Source: Desulfatiglandales bacterium
Lineage (GTDB): Bacteria > Desulfobacterota > DSM-4660 > Desulfatiglandales > Desulfatiglandaceae
DNA: 64,000 bases
Assembly: GCA_963662465.1 (NCBI GenBank)
Contig: OY759599.1
Span: 7,136,001-7,200,000 of the forward strand
Direction of reading: 5' to 3'
Shown here: positions 1 through 10,035 of the stretch, piece by piece
Layout: each line of letters begins with the position of its first letter
Numbering within the stretch: position 1 is the stretch's first letter
Translations under genes and position numbers: made by a program
The notes under the pieces: model-generated
Told to the model about the DNA's origin: nothing
The model's input: only the letters and a program-made list of their open reading frames with translations
The model's database searches: none

Positions 1-206
1 TTTTGGCAAAGCCAGAATCCCTGGCCATCATACCCGAGAATTTTGATGGTGGTCCCTCGTCTATTACGAAAAACAAAAATATACCCGGAGAAGGGATCTG
101 ATTTTAAAACACTGCGGCAAATGCCGGCCAGGCCATCAATGCCTTTTCGAAAATCCACCGGCTTCACCGCCACAAGTATCCGCATTTGGGGGCTGATCTG
201 CATCAT
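1..206 (-). CDS. tnpB: IS66 family accessory protein TnpB (partial, runs off window start)
   Basis: Manual translation MMQISPQMRILVAVKPVDFRKGIDGLAGICR...IFVFRNRRGTTIKILGYDGQGFWLCQK has the VDFRKGIDGL/DGxGFWL motifs; ATGA overlap with the tnpA stop at 203-205. Confidence 0.9.
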   Translation of the reverse strand, partial: MMQISPQMRILVAVKPVDFRKGIDGLAGICRSVLKSDPFSGYIFVFRNRRGTTIKILGYDGQGFWLCQ

Positions 207-570
207 GACTGTTGCCTCCAAAATGTTTGGATCAGGGATGCAACATCAATAGGCCCCTTCACATGGACTTTCATTCTGGCGCCTGCTTGTTCAAGCTCCA
301 GATTCACTTCAACCGAATCAGCTGGTGGGTTGAGTGGTGGCAATTCTATGAATGTGGGTGGAAGAAGTTCTTCGGTCGGGCTGTTCGGAATACTTTCAAT
401 GCGATCCTTCAGGTCACTGTAATTCAGGTGCAATGCTTTGGAAAGTTTATTAATGCTGAAATTATCCACCAGGGAAACAGCAGCATCCCATAAGGACTCA
501 GGAATACGGTCCCGTTTCTTGCGGTTTTTGCGCCAGTCGGAAAACTGGGCTTGTACTGCTTCGAGACGTT

Positions 571-2514
571 GAGGGGTTTGCGCTGTGCTTAAGTCTCTGG
601 TATCCTGGAGGGATTTGGCAGTGTCAAAAAAAACATTACCCCAAAAAAAAGATGGGTGGGCATCCTGAAATCAAGCACTTAGCTAGATCGAGTCGGAATT
701 TTCCATTTTTTCACCCCAAGCGAAAGAACTTGTCGGAATACCTTGATTTTAATACAAAATATTGTACAATGCCTTCATCAGATAACAGGATAGAGTGTTT
801 CTTTAAATATTTGATGGAGGCCGAAACTTGGCAGCAGTGAGTCCGTTTCTTTTTTCGTGGAATGATGTCGAAGCACGCTCGGATTTGGACCGTTTCTATC
901 TGGTGCGCGATAATCTGCCTGATGAGAATATTGTAGCGGCACTTGAAAAGCGTCGCGGCAATGGGAGAGATGATTTTCCGATACGCGCAATGTGGAACGC
1001 GCTTATTGCGGGAGTCGTGTTCCAGCATGCATCCATTGAATCTTTGATTCGCGAATTGTCCAGGAATCCGGCGTTATTAGAGGCATGCGGATTTGATATT
1101 CTGCCGAGGCAAAAAAAACCGGTAGCTGAACTGAGACGCAATGAGGAAACGGGCCGAATGGAAATCATACGGTCTGAGAGCGGAAATGCATATTTTTTGG
1201 TTCCAGGTAGTTGGAATTTCTCAAGATTTTTAAGGAGCGTCATAGAACTGGAAGAATATGGTAATATGGTCAGCGGCATGGTGCGTGGGCTTCGAGAATC
1301 CTTAATGACAGAACTCCCTGATTTTGGTTGTCATTTAGGGTATGACGGCAAGGCTATCAACAGTTATAGTACGGGACAAGAAAGCCGGAAAACCGGTGAA
1401 ACCTCCGATACGGATGCAGATTGGGGCAAGCATGAAACGAAAGGGACAGACAGTAAAACCGGAAAGCAGTGGACAAAAGTAAAAAGCTGGTTTGGATATG
1501 GCCTTCATTTGATCGCTGATACCCTATATGAAATTCCGGTGGCAGTTCATGTAACACCTGCCTCGCATTCGGAACACAAGGAACTGCGAAGCATGATCAA
1601 AGAAATTTTTGAGGAAACACCGCAGCTTGGCGAGCGCTGTGATGATTTTGTGGCGGACCGTGGTTTGGATTCCGGCAAAACTAAGGCTCAGCTGTTGGAT
1701 GAATATGGGATTCGGCCCGGCATTGATACCCGTGAACTGTGGAGAGATGAAAAGAATGAGCCGGGATACGATCCTGCAAAACCGATCACACGACCTCTTT
1801 ATCCTGACCGGGCAGATACCATTGTGTATACTGAGAAAGGGACAGTCCATTGTATTTGTCCGGCTACTGGAGAACAGCGGGACATGGCTTTTTGTGGCTT
1901 TGAAAAAAATCGCAATACCCTGAAATATCGTTGTCCCGCAGCTGCAAACGGCTTTTCCTGTGAAGGATGTGGAGAGTGTTCATCTGCGGGGCAAGTTAAT
2001 CCCGGAGATTATGGGCGAATTGTCAGAATAAATATCACTGAGGAAGATCGGCGAATCTTCACACCCATTCCCTATGGTACGCAGGGTTGGGACCGAGCGT
2101 ATAATCGGCGTTCTTCTTTGGAGAGAATCAACAGTCGGATCGATAATGATTTTGGTTTTGAGAAACATTACATACGCGGCCAAGCCAAAATGCAAACAAG
2201 AGTTTGCTTGGCCACCGCCGTAATGATGGCAATGGCCCTTGGTCATGTAAGGGCTGGCCGTATTGAGCAAATGCGCTCCCTTGTACGGCCAATAGCCAGA
2301 GCCGCCTAATCCAATTTATTTAAAATAGTTATAAATAAATGATTTAATTTAAATTTAAAGGGATTAGCATGTCCAATTATCGGGTTTTTGGGGTATGTCT
2401 TTGGAAACCATAATATTCTGCTGCCATGTCGCCCTCTCAGACCTCGCGCCCGCGTTTTTTTGGGGCCCAGAACACCCCCGGTACGGCACAAAAACGGTAC
2501 AGCGCAAACCTCTC
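571..2514 (+). mobile_element. Complete DDE insertion sequence (IS1182/IS5-like, IS4 superfamily), 1944 bp
   Basis: TIRs GAGGGGTTTGCGCTGT (571-586) and ACAGCGCAAACCTCTC (2499-2514), 15/16 match; 5-bp TSD ACGTT at 566-570 and 2515-2519. Confidence 0.92.
828..2309 (+). CDS. DDE transposase (DUF772-like N-terminus plus DDE_Tnp_1-like core)
   Basis: Motifs GYDGKAI, WFGYGLHLIAD, VADRGLDS, YNRRSSLERINSRID; lies between the TIRs. Confidence 0.9.
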   Translation: MAAVSPFLFSWNDVEARSDLDRFYLVRDNLPDENIVAALEKRRGNGRDDFPIRAMWNALIAGVVFQHASIESLIRELSRNPALLEACGFDILPRQKKPVAELRRNEETGRMEIIRSESGNAYFLVPGSWNFSRFLRSVIELEEYGNMVSGMVRGLRESLMTELPDFGCHLGYDGKAINSYSTGQESRKTGETSDTDADWGKHETKGTDSKTGKQWTKVKSWFGYGLHLIADTLYEIPVAVHVTPASHSEHKELRSMIKEIFEETPQLGERCDDFVADRGLDSGKTKAQLLDEYGIRPGIDTRELWRDEKNEPGYDPAKPITRPLYPDRADTIVYTEKGTVHCICPATGEQRDMAFCGFEKNRNTLKYRCPAAANGFSCEGCGECSSAGQVNPGDYGRIVRINITEEDRRIFTPIPYGTQGWDRAYNRRSSLERINSRIDNDFGFEKHYIRGQAKMQTRVCLATAVMMAMALGHVRAGRIEQMRSLVRPIARAA

Positions 2515-2624
2515 ACGTTGCTTCTCCTTTGATTTTTTCTTCGCCATGGGCTATCCTCCTGAAAGGTTTTAGCCCAAGTTAAGTCCCCCGCCAGCATTTC
2601 ATGCGGGCTTGCCGAAAGGACACG

Positions 2625-2747
2625 ATAATTGAAACAGGAGATAGTGTGATAAGACATCTAACCCCGCTTTCTCAATTGCAACGTGAAATTCTAAAACACT
2701 TTGGACTTAGCGCTTCTATATACGATAATTTAGAAGTTATGCAATAG
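2625..2747 (+). pseudogene. C-terminal remnant of an IS1634-like transposase (element may extend to ~3055)
   Basis: Translation IIETGDSVIRHLTPLSQLQREILKHFGLSASIYDNLEVMQ* resembles IS1634-family C-termini; starts right after the IS66 end. Confidence 0.55.
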
Positions 2748-4368
2748 TAGAATGTTATCGTCATAGCCCTTATAGGTTGTCACAATTGAAATACAGATTT
2801 TACGACAATTCATATCATTGTTGGAGATATGGAACGATGGTGTTTTACGCACAATCCATTCCATTTTCTGCCCTATTGTGTTGTTCCAATATTCGACGTG
2901 TGTTATTTTTCAGGCTTTACTAACCCATGGATGCATGTTGCTCAAAAAGACTCCTGGTAGGCTTTCCGGAAATAGCTTTTCCCCCTGCCAAGAGAGGTAC
3001 CCGCTACCAGATTTCGAAATTAATCGAAGTGCAAATTTAAAACGCGAACGATAAGTAAAGTGTTTAATGATCCGGAAGATGACGCCGATTCCGAAGACGG
3101 CGATAATCCGGAAGATGATCCCGGTCCAAAAGGCGGCAACCCCCCACCGAAAGGCCATGGTCGAAACGGTGCTTCGGCTTTTACCGGCGCCGAAAGAAAG
3201 TTCATAAGCCACGAGAGTCTCAAACATGGTGACCCCTGTCCGGAATGTCCCAGGGGAAAAGTGTATCGGTTAAAAGTTCCCGAAAAGTTAATCCGGATTA
3301 AGGGTTCGCCGCCTTTAACGGGAACGATTTATGAACTGGAAAAGCTTCGCTGCAACCTGTGCGGCCAAATTTTTACCGCAACGCCTCCTGAAGATATGGG
3401 AACTCAGAAACATGATGAAACGGTTGCGGTTTCCATTGCCCTTCTAAAATACGCCAACGGCGTTCCTTTCTATCGGTTGCAGCAGTTTCAAGCCATGATG
3501 GGTGTTCCGGTTCCCGCATCAACCCAGTGGGGTATCGTTGAGCCATTGGGTTTGGAGGCCAAAGGGCCGTATATCGAACTACTGAAACAATCCGCACAGG
3601 GGGAGTTGTTCCACATTGACGATACGACGGGAAAAGTTCTGAGCCTCATGAAGGAAGGTGAAACCAAAAACGGTCGAAAAGGGATTTTTACCACCGGCGT
3701 TATATCCAAAATGGATGACCGCCAGGCGGTTCTTTATTTTACCGGCAGAAATCACGCGGGTGAAAATCTGAAGGCGCTTCTTGAAAATCGCCTGACCGGT
3801 CTCAGTCCACCTCAGCTTATGTGCGATGCCTTGTCTCGAAATTCATCGGAGGATCTGGATGTCATTATGGCAAACTGCCTGACCCATGCCCGCCGATACT
3901 TCGTGGATGTCGCCCCGAGCTTTCCAGAAGAGTGCCGGTTTGTGATCGATACCCTTGCCAAAGTGTATCACAATGATCAGATTGCCAGGGACGAAAACAT
4001 GTCACCCGAAGAGCGTCTGGCCTTCCATCAGGCTGAAAGCAAACCCTTGATGGATAAATTGTATTGCTGGCTCAACAAGCAATTGGACGAAAAACTCGTG
4101 GAACCGAATTCCGGTTTGGGAAAGGCAATTCAGTATATGCTGAATCACTGGAAGGCGTTAACCCGGTTCCTGGAAGTTCCTGGAGCGCCCCTTGACAACA
4201 ACATCTGTTATGCCGCGAGCGGCATAACCATTATAATGCCGACTCCCGGATTATGCCGCATTACAAGAATTTTGTGGGATTATTCGTGCCTTGAAGTAGT
4301 TGCTGACGCGGCATAATTTTTGTGGGATCTTCGGTTTGGCAATCCCGCCAAACGAAAGGAGAGACCAC

Positions 4369-5613
4369 ATGAAAACATTCAGTAATTTCGTATCGAAAAA
4401 CAACCCGCATTCGAACCTATGTCAAACCCATGTCAACTCCTTCCTATCACACCTTCGCACTCTGGGGTATGCAGAACGGACGCTACGGAAAAAGCGTCCA
4501 GTTGCTGCCTCTTTTGCCCGATGGACAGTGGGGAAGCGGCTTACTGTAAACGATCTAAACGAATCCCATCTGACCGAATTCGTGGAGCGTTTGCACAAAA
4601 GGCAAAAAGCCCGGATAAAATTCGAAATGGCTGCCCTGCGGCTTTTTCTCAGCTATCTGCGCCAAGAAGGTGTGGTTCCAAATCCTCCAATACTTGATGC
4701 TTCACCCGTGGATGATTTTAAGCGGACCTACATAGAATACCTGCGAAAGGAGCGAGGACTCGCCGAAAACTCAATTCTTGTTTATTCGCCTTTCATCAGT
4801 GATTTTCTCAATGATCGGTTAGCCCAAACCGGTTGCATCTCTTTCCATGCATTGGATGCCCTGACAATCCAAAATTTCCTCCTCGATCGCATTCAAAACC
4901 GGTCGAGAGAATACTCGAGGCTTCTGGCCGCCGCCCTCCGATCATTCTTGCGGTTTCTTTACCTTCGCAAAGAAATAACAATTGATTTTTCCCTATCGAT
5001 TCCCAGAGTCCGTAAATGGCATCAGTCCGAGGTAATTGGCTTTCTAACCCCCGACCAGGTAGAAAGGATCCTTTCGTCAACCGATCTGTCGACGCCACGT
5101 GGAAGACGCGATTATGCCATTTTGCTTCTTCTTGCACGACTCGGTCTGCGTGCGGGAGAGATAATCACGATAGAACTCGGTGACATCCTCTGGCGGATCG
5201 GGGAGATCGTTATTCGCGGCAAGGGCCAAGTACAGGACCGACTACCATTGGTCTCAGATGTCGGAGATGCTTTAGCGGTTTATCTACGTCAAGACAGAGG
5301 AGATAGCGTATCGCGACGGGTTTTTCTGCGAATGATTGCTCCACGCGTTGGCTTGGCCGGCCCAGGGGCGATTGGCCATATTGTACGCCTTGCATTTGCC
5401 CGAGCCGGCATATGTGCTCCGAGCCGTGGCGCAGCCCATCTCTTCCGCCACGGTCTGGCCACCAGAATGATCCGCCAGGGTGCCTCCATCGCTGAGATCT
5501 CTGAGGTTCTCCGTCATCAATCCCAGAGTTCCACAGCCATTTACGCGAAGGTCGATTTCGAGACACTCCGTGAGATTGCTCCGCCTTGGCCGGGTCAAGG
5601 AGGTGTGCGATGA
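4369..5613 (+). CDS. ritA: RIT tyrosine recombinase A
   Basis: RDYAILLLLARLGLRAGE, HLFRH, LRHQ..TAIY; RBS AAGGAG before ATG 4369. Confidence 0.9.
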   Translation: MKTFSNFVSKNNPHSNLCQTHVNSFLSHLRTLGYAERTLRKKRPVAASFARWTVGKRLTVNDLNESHLTEFVERLHKRQKARIKFEMAALRLFLSYLRQEGVVPNPPILDASPVDDFKRTYIEYLRKERGLAENSILVYSPFISDFLNDRLAQTGCISFHALDALTIQNFLLDRIQNRSREYSRLLAAALRSFLRFLYLRKEITIDFSLSIPRVRKWHQSEVIGFLTPDQVERILSSTDLSTPRGRRDYAILLLLARLGLRAGEIITIELGDILWRIGEIVIRGKGQVQDRLPLVSDVGDALAVYLRQDRGDSVSRRVFLRMIAPRVGLAGPGAIGHIVRLAFARAGICAPSRGAAHLFRHGLATRMIRQGASIAEISEVLRHQSQSSTAIYAKVDFETLREIAPPWPGQGGVR

Positions 5614-6551
5614 CTGCAATCCGTGACGCACTTGCACGGTATTTAACAGTCCGCCGTGCCCTCGGTACTCGTCTACAAGAGCCAGCCACGACACTTGGCT
5701 ATTTTGTAGATTTCCTTGACCTTCAGGGAGCAAAATTCATCACCACTGATCTCGCCCTTCGTTGGGCGTGCCAGCCAAAGCATGTGCAAAGAGCGACATG
5801 GGCACGCCGGCTTACTATGGTCAGGCAGTTTGGTGCTTGGCTGAGTGCATTCGACCCGCGAACGGAAGTACCGCCAAAACGGCTCCTCAATGCCCGTCAT
5901 CGGCGCAGTAAGCCCTACATCTATACCGAACAGGAAATAGAACATCTCATGATCGAGGCCGCTTTGCTCCCGTCACCGATGGGATTGCGCGCATTAACCT
6001 ATGTGACGCTCATAGGTCTTCTTGCCGTTACGGGTATTCGGCCAGGTGAAGTGGTAGCTTTGAATCTGTCTGATGTGGATCTAAAGAACGGTATTCTTGT
6101 AATTCGGCAGACGAAATTTGGAAAGTCCCGTTTTGTTCCGATTGACGATTCGACATGTTCCGCCCTTTTGGATTATGCAAATCGACGCAATAACTTTTAC
6201 ACACGTTTTCAGACCAACAGTTTTTTTGTCTCCGAACGAGGCACAAGACTAAGTCTTGGATCCGCCCGACGTACATTCGCCAAAGTATCATGTGCTGTCG
6301 GTCTTCGAACTGCAAAAGATGGCTGCCGAATCGGTCGCGGACCAAGGCTTCAGGATTTTAGGCATACGTTTGCAACAAGAAGAATTATCAAATGGTATCA
6401 GGCCGGATTGGACGTGAACAGAGAGTTGCCAAAGCTCACTTCCTATCTCGGCCACTCAAACGTCAGTCATACTTATTGGTATATTGAGGCGGTCCCGGAG
6501 CTCCTCCAGCTCGCTTCCGAGCACATGGGCCGGCAAGGAGGTGCACAATGA
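5610..6551 (+). CDS. ritB: RIT tyrosine recombinase B
   Basis: TGIRPGE, TKFGKSR, DFRHTFA, YLGH..TYWY; ATGA overlap. Confidence 0.9.
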   Translation: MTAIRDALARYLTVRRALGTRLQEPATTLGYFVDFLDLQGAKFITTDLALRWACQPKHVQRATWARRLTMVRQFGAWLSAFDPRTEVPPKRLLNARHRRSKPYIYTEQEIEHLMIEAALLPSPMGLRALTYVTLIGLLAVTGIRPGEVVALNLSDVDLKNGILVIRQTKFGKSRFVPIDDSTCSALLDYANRRNNFYTRFQTNSFFVSERGTRLSLGSARRTFAKVSCAVGLRTAKDGCRIGRGPRLQDFRHTFATRRIIKWYQAGLDVNRELPKLTSYLGHSNVSHTYWYIEAVPELLQLASEHMGRQGGAQ

Positions 6552-7543
6552 AAGCCTCCAGCTTTTCATCACTTCTCCAGCGTTTCTTTACGGACAGATT
6601 GCTCGCACAGCTTGGCGCCAGTCCGCACACTGTTGCCGCATACCGGGATACCTTCCGTCTGTTGCTTCGCTTCGCCGCGAAACACTTCGGGCGTTCGCCT
6701 TCTGAACTGCGCATAGAAGAGCTCGATGTTTCTTTCCTGTGCAAGTTTATTCAACACCTTGAACTTGATCGCTGTAATTGCATCCGGACACGGAATAACC
6801 GCCTTTCCGCCCTGCAAGGTTTCTTTCGGTATGTGTCCTTCAGTGAACCCGCACTGTCATTGCACTGTCAGAGGGTTCTGGCGATCCCTGCCAAACGGTA
6901 CGAGCGCCGTCCGGTTGAGTTCCTGTCGGATGAAGAAACTGCCGCTCTTGTTGCAGTTCCCGATTCAAAAAAATGGATCGGCAGGCGTGACCGAGCGCTC
7001 CTGTTGCTCGCCTTACAGACAGGATTGCGAAATAGCGAAATCACATCGCTTCAGTGCAAGGATGTGGAACTCGGCACCGGTGCTCACGTCCGTTGCCTCG
7101 GAAAGGGTCGAAAGATGCGATGTACCCCTTTGCGCCCTGATGTCGTCGCAGTGCTGAAGAAATGGTTAAAGGAGCAAGATGGCCATCCACAAGATCCTCT
7201 CTTCCCAAGCTCACGCGGTTTACGTCTCAGTGCAGATGCTCTCCAGCGACTCGTTGCCAAACATGCAGCCATGGCGAGTCATACATGTCCATCCCTAAAA
7301 GGGAAAACAGTTACACCCCACACCTTGCGGCATTCGGCGGCCATGAGCCTGCTCCGACGTGGTGTTGATCTGACCGTGATTGCTCTCTGGCTCGGGCACG
7401 AATCAAATGAGACAACACAAATCTACTTGCATGCTGATATGGGAATTAAGGAGCAAGCCCTTGCCCATACCACTGCAAGTGGTTCCATACCTGATCGGTA
7501 TCTTCCTGAAGACCCTTTGCTAACATTCCTTGAGAGCCTTTGA
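6548..7543 (+). CDS. ritC: RIT tyrosine recombinase C
   Basis: TGLRNSE, GKGRK, HTLRH, WLGH..TQIY; ATGA overlap. Confidence 0.9.
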   Translation: MKASSFSSLLQRFFTDRLLAQLGASPHTVAAYRDTFRLLLRFAAKHFGRSPSELRIEELDVSFLCKFIQHLELDRCNCIRTRNNRLSALQGFFRYVSFSEPALSLHCQRVLAIPAKRYERRPVEFLSDEETAALVAVPDSKKWIGRRDRALLLLALQTGLRNSEITSLQCKDVELGTGAHVRCLGKGRKMRCTPLRPDVVAVLKKWLKEQDGHPQDPLFPSSRGLRLSADALQRLVAKHAAMASHTCPSLKGKTVTPHTLRHSAAMSLLRRGVDLTVIALWLGHESNETTQIYLHADMGIKEQALAHTTASGSIPDRYLPEDPLLTFLESL

Positions 7544-8559
7544 TTATGCCGATTGAAAGAGCCATGAGAATAAGGGGTCCAACGCAGTTTCGACCAGTTA
7601 AAACGGATAAAATTGGCAATACGGCATAATCCGGGAGTCGGCATTACATCTGCGAAAGGGCTTTGAAAAAGGCCATTCTTCACAGAAAAAACTCCCTGTT
7701 TTACAAAACAGAGCATGGCGCCCTCATTGGAGACATCTTTATGAGCCTTATTCAGACCTGTGCCATGAACGGAGAAAATCCGTACGAATATCTCCTGGCC
7801 ATTCACAAAAATCCCGAGCTGGTAAAGGTAAACCCCGAAAACTGGCTTCCCTGGAATTACAGGCAAAATCTAAATTCCCAGCCTTAGTAACTCACAGATA
7901 ATCAGATCGACAGAAGACGCCGGATAACGGAGCTCGCCACCTAGCGTCTTCCGGCCACCCAAAAAAAAATGAAAAAATTTGCCCTATGCAGGCTTGCAGA
8001 AAGGACACGTTTTAAGTGCAAATCCCAAAACATGTTTTTGGTACACTTCGTTCAGGTGTTCTTAGCATACTGGTATTCGAATTTCACTTTCAGTCCAAGA
8101 CCTCCCCGCTAGGGAACCCTGTTGGCGACCGTTGAAGGGAACTCGGCCATACAGATCATTTGTTTCTGGGTGAAGATCGTAGTCGGAATTGCAAATACCT
8201 AAACCGAATAAATCAAGCATTTTTGTATGCCCCTATACCAAACACGCAGAATTCGCCTCAATTTCATATAAACATTTGCAATAATAAAGTATTTTACTGA
8301 TAGCTATGATCAGACAAGACCGGAGTTCAGATCAATCGCTGATAGGATTTCCACCACAGGGATAAAATCTCCTTATTTATAAAGGGATTGGAGTACAATC
8401 CCCCGTTTCGCGACCATTCGGTTTGGGGGTTTACTTTTTGTTTGGGATAGCTATTTACATCACAGCGAATTGTTCTACTTTTTCAGCTATTTGCCTAGGC
8501 AACCCATCCTAGGACACGACGAAAACTGTATCGAGAAAGGGTCCGGAATGGTCTGTAAT

Positions 8560-8696
8560 ATAGATTGGAATCGGGAGGTGATTTTCCTGGATAAAGAGTT
8601 TCAGCAAATTGCGCGCAATGCTGAAATCGGTAGAAGAACTGCGGATAAGCTGGTTCAGGTTTATACCCTGGATGGTAAAGAAACCTGGGTTCTGAA

Positions 8697-8697
<1 letters not shown>
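8560..8697 (+). pseudogene. Fragment of an Rpn/YadD-like PD-(D/E)XK protein
   Basis: [45 protein letters not shown]; no proper start, and it stops before the expected catalytic HIEVQ-like segment. Confidence 0.6.
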
Positions 8698-9811
<1,114 letters not shown>

Positions 9812-10035
9812 TTATATCGTTACCTCCGGACTTGCCACCAGGAAATCGCGGACCCTGTAGCGGCGGTACTCCGGATGGTCCGGTACGGCATAGATCATGT
9901 AGTCGCCATCAATGGAGCCATTCCATGCCGCAACCACGGTCTTGTATGTTCTTGAACCTCTTTGAGCGCAGCGGTTTTCCCTGCGCCCGCCTATTTGATT
10001 TCTCGCACAATCTGATCCGCGAGTGGCTCTGGCAT
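9812..10035 (-). pseudogene. brxF: Type-3 BREX P-loop protein BrxF relic
   Basis: MPEPLADQI...GAGKTAAL...TVVAAWNGSIDGDYMIYAVPDHPEYRRY; both ends kept, middle deleted; upstream of the brxC-like relic. Confidence 0.7.

Larger units (their letters stand above)
203..2547 (-). pseudogene. tnpA: IS66 TnpA-like gene interrupted by IS at 571-2514
   Basis: AGGAGG RBS plus ATG at 2547; removing the IS and one ACGTT restores the frame MAKKKSKEKQRLEAVQAQFSDWRKNRKKRDRIPESLWDAAVSL... Confidence 0.88.
1..2623 (-). mobile_element. IS66 family element copy 1 (left end at 2623, remainder off-window)
   Basis: tnpA-tnpB order; terminal sequence read from 2623 leftwards GTGTCCTTTCGGCAAGCCCGCAT nearly matches the end of copy 2 at 8008 (GTGTCCTTTCTGCAAGCCTGCAT). 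Confidence 0.8.
4208..7646 (+). mobile_element. RIT (recombinase-in-trio) element
   Basis: Three overlapping tyrosine recombinase genes; perfect 25-bp IR 4234-4258 / 7622-7646; flanking CATCTG duplication at 4202-4207 and 7647-7652. Confidence 0.93.
3056..7887 (+). pseudogene. tnpC: IS66 transposase TnpC, N-terminally truncated and split by a RIT element
   Basis: CPEC and CNLC zinc motifs, HIDDTT, CLTHARRYF, PLDNNIC at ~4207; resumes at 7653 as ERALKKAILHRKNSLFYK...PENWLPWNY. Confidence 0.93.
3056..8008 (+). mobile_element. IS66 family element copy 2 (right end at 8008)
   Basis: tnpC followed by terminal ATGCAGGCTTGCAGAAAGGACAC, matching the copy 1 end. Confidence 0.8.

Noticed and set aside
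4208..4316. C-terminal extension of ORF 3060-4316 as genuine TnpC sequence
   Set aside because: Read-through into the RIT left end; the true C-terminus lies at 7653-7887
8393..8416. tRNA-3'-like sequence (..AATCCCCCGTTTCGCGACCA) as an att site
   Set aside because: No cloverleaf, no match to the tRNA-Met in the window and no partner repeat visible
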